A program made the translations under genes and the position numbers. 25,094 bases of DNA. It comes from a virus. Its lineage: Duplodnaviria > Caudoviricetes. The stretch spans positions 1-25,094 of IMG/VR virus record IMGVR_UViG_3300030330_000417; one strand, written 5' to 3'. Shown piece after piece: positions 24,397 through 25,094 of this stretch. Below the pieces are notes generated by a model. It saw only the letters and a list, made by a program, of their open reading frames with translations, was not told the origin of the DNA and did not search any database. Within the stretch, counting starts at the first letter, position 1. Each line of letters starts with the position of its first letter.

Positions 24397-24603
24397 TCAC
24401 TTTAACTTATAAATGATATAATCTTGACAATTGTCACAGTCTCGCAAAGGCAAAGATTTGCTGTTTTTATCCGTTGGTTGCATACCTACATAGTGCCACC
24501 GTTTGCCTTGTTCTATCTGAGACTTCGATGTTTTAAAAAAATCTTCGTTGCCAGAAATAAATAAGCTAACAAAAAAGATTGCTACACTTAATAAAAGTTC
24601 CAT
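24397..24603 (-). CDS. Small protein with N-terminal TM/signal segment
   Basis: GGGAG SD. MELLLSVAIFFVSLFISG. Contains a CxxC (CDNC). Confidence 0.7.
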   Translation of the reverse strand: MELLLSVAIFFVSLFISGNEDFFKTSKSQIEQGKRWHYVGMQPTDKNSKSLPLRDCDNCQDYIIYKLK

Positions 24604-24613
24604 TGATAACTCC

Positions 24614-24676
24614 CTAAAAAAGTAAGCTAATATAAAGCATTGCGAAAATTAAACTTGCAGATAAAAAATTTGCCAT
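24614..24676 (-). CDS. 20-aa hydrophobic micro-protein (not in ORF track)
   Basis: TAATG overlap with the upstream gene, AGGTG SD. MANFLSASLIFAMLYISLLF. Confidence 0.55.
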   Translation of the reverse strand: MANFLSASLIFAMLYISLLF

Positions 24677-24942
24677 TACGTTTCACCTAGAATAATAGCG
24701 TGGCATCCGCTCATGCCGTCACCATCTTGCGTGTAAGCCTGCAATTTTCTATCGGTATTAAAATTTTCCCAAACTCTGTGCGTAAAACGCTCCGCATATT
24801 TCCAATGCTCAATCTTGCGAATTGCTTCAACAGCACTTGTAGCCTTAATTTTAGTTTCTAGCTCTACAGGTGGCTGGCAGTTTAGGTAATATTCTGTGAC
24901 AAGAAATGTTTTTTGATTAGCTCTTTCTTTTAATTCTTTCAT
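24676..24942 (-). CDS. Hypothetical 88-aa protein, first gene of the leftward operon
   Basis: ATG 24942 with GAGGA SD (24955-24951) is preferred over the track's TTG 24975, which would lie at or upstream of the predicted transcription start. Confidence 0.7.
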   Translation of the reverse strand: MKELKERANQKTFLVTEYYLNCQPPVELETKIKATSAVEAIRKIEHWKYAERFTHRVWENFNTDRKLQAYTQDGDGMSGCHAIILGET

Positions 24943-24977
24943 AATCGTGTTCCTCGTTGCTTGTTTCCAATACAAGT

Positions 24978-25005
24978 ATTATAAGCATTTCTATGATATA
25001 GGCAA
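24978..25005 (-). promoter_or_regulatory. Sigma70-type promoter for the leftward small-gene operon
   Basis: TTGCCT (25005-25000), 16-nt spacer, perfect TATAAT (24983-24978), AT-rich upstream element and a correctly placed SD/ATG downstream. Confidence 0.7.
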
Positions 25006-25018
25006 GCCCTATTATTAA

Positions 25019-25093
25019 TTAAATGTAATTATTTTCATATGGCCTTGGTAACGCTATTCCCATCTCAGTAGCTGTGCGCTCAATGCCCTCTAA
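25019..25093 (-). CDS. 3' end of a gene entering from outside the window, possibly NinB-like
   Basis: ...LEGIERTATEMGIALPRPYENNYI* resembles the L..I...A.E.GI.LP.P C-terminus of NinB-like proteins. Only 24 codons are visible. Confidence 0.4.
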   Translation of the reverse strand, partial: LEGIERTATEMGIALPRPYENNYI

Positions 25094-25094
25094 G

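Noticed and set aside
1-25094. CRISPR array, tRNA, rRNA, integrase or IS element
   Set aside because: None seen by eye, and intergenic gaps are 100 nt or less. A tRNAscan/Infernal run would confirm.

Overview
A ~25 kb fragment of a tailed dsDNA phage or prophage with P22-like podovirus architecture. It resembles marine phages of Alphaproteobacteria, but host and habitat are inferred from remembered protein families, not from a search. The + strand carries, in order: a replication module (DUF1376/YdaU-like initiator, probable helicase loader, small SSB-like protein), two accessory genes (one ATP-grasp-like), TerS, TerL, P22-type portal, scaffold and coat, adaptor, nozzle, candidate ejection proteins, a tail fibre with its chaperone, small basic proteins, membrane/lipoproteins, holin and a GH24 endolysin. 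A convergent - strand operon of tiny genes with its own sigma70-like promoter closes the window. The stand-out feature is an intact-looking HlyC/CyaC/RtxC-family toxin-activating acyltransferase (11629-12009). It is translationally coupled between the tail genes and the ejection genes, with no RTX toxin or T1SS in the window, which suggests fatty-acylation of the phage's own DNA-delivery proteins. Other leads: a candidate anti-Shine-Dalgarno sRNA (23712-23779), an apparently chimeric TerL, a hairpin ahead of the scaffold gene and several unannotated coupled micro-ORFs. All family calls come from motif recognition by eye.
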